Of a stretch of DNA of 56,460 nucleotides, positions 56,178 through 56,460 are shown piece by piece. Position 1 is the stretch's first letter, and the number at the start of each line of letters is the position of its first letter. A program made the position numbers and the translations under genes. The stretch covers positions 1 to 56,460 of the forward strand of contig JBDKRC010000331.1 of the NCBI GenBank assembly GCA_039683575.1. Direction: 5' to 3'. This DNA comes from Armatimonadia bacterium. Lineage in GTDB: Bacteria > Armatimonadota > Zipacnadia > Zipacnadales > UBA11051. Below the pieces are notes generated by a model that did no database searches, was not told the origin of the DNA, and saw only the letters and a list, made by a program, of their open reading frames with translations.

Positions 56178-56460
56178 GTGACGGTTCCGTGGATGAGGTG
56201 TGTGTGGTTTGTGCACGGCGGGCGACCCCTTTGGGGTCAAGGACAGGTAAGGCGGCAGTCTACCAGGGGTTTCACCCCAATACGCGCTAACCTATACCAG
56301 GGCGGGCGGCTCGCCCGCCTTGGGGTGGCTACTGGCGGGCGAGCCGCCAGTAGTGTCTCATAAAAACTTGGGGGAGAAAGAGGGGTGGGAGAGCTCCGGC
56401 AAGAAGTGATTGTTACCAGACAACCTTCTGTGGAGGCTCTCCCGATGGCTCATTTCTCCG

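Overview
A high-GC bacterial chromosome segment, most likely Armatimonadota (inferred from the DUF1559/H-X9-DG prepilin, a DUF6785-like membrane protein, a copper-amine-oxidase N-terminal 'stalk' protein and many large exported glycan-active proteins). It starts with a corrinoid protein and two MtaA/CmuA-type methyltransferases, followed on the same strand by a complete selenocysteine apparatus: selA, a three-part SelD fusion, selB and tRNA-Sec(UCA). The main finding lies just downstream. Two genes for exported proteins appear to stop at TGA but read through into a shared G-U-G-G context, each with a SECIS-like hairpin at the expected distance. One is a stalk-domain protein ending GG-U-GGK (8256..8657, minus); the other is a 448-aa protein with FG-U-GGGC (10787..12133, plus). 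They flank a third exported gene and suggest an unannotated cell-envelope selenoprotein locus. The rest of the window holds sugar-catabolic genes, folK/pilC/panC/panD/nadC, a repeat-flanked IS200-type tyrosine transposase, a methionine gamma-lyase-like enzyme, a prepilin/radical SAM/SBP/FmdE cluster behind a NikR-like operator, and several palindromic repeat families, some of which have entered coding sequences. All calls come from reading motifs by eye; no searches were run.
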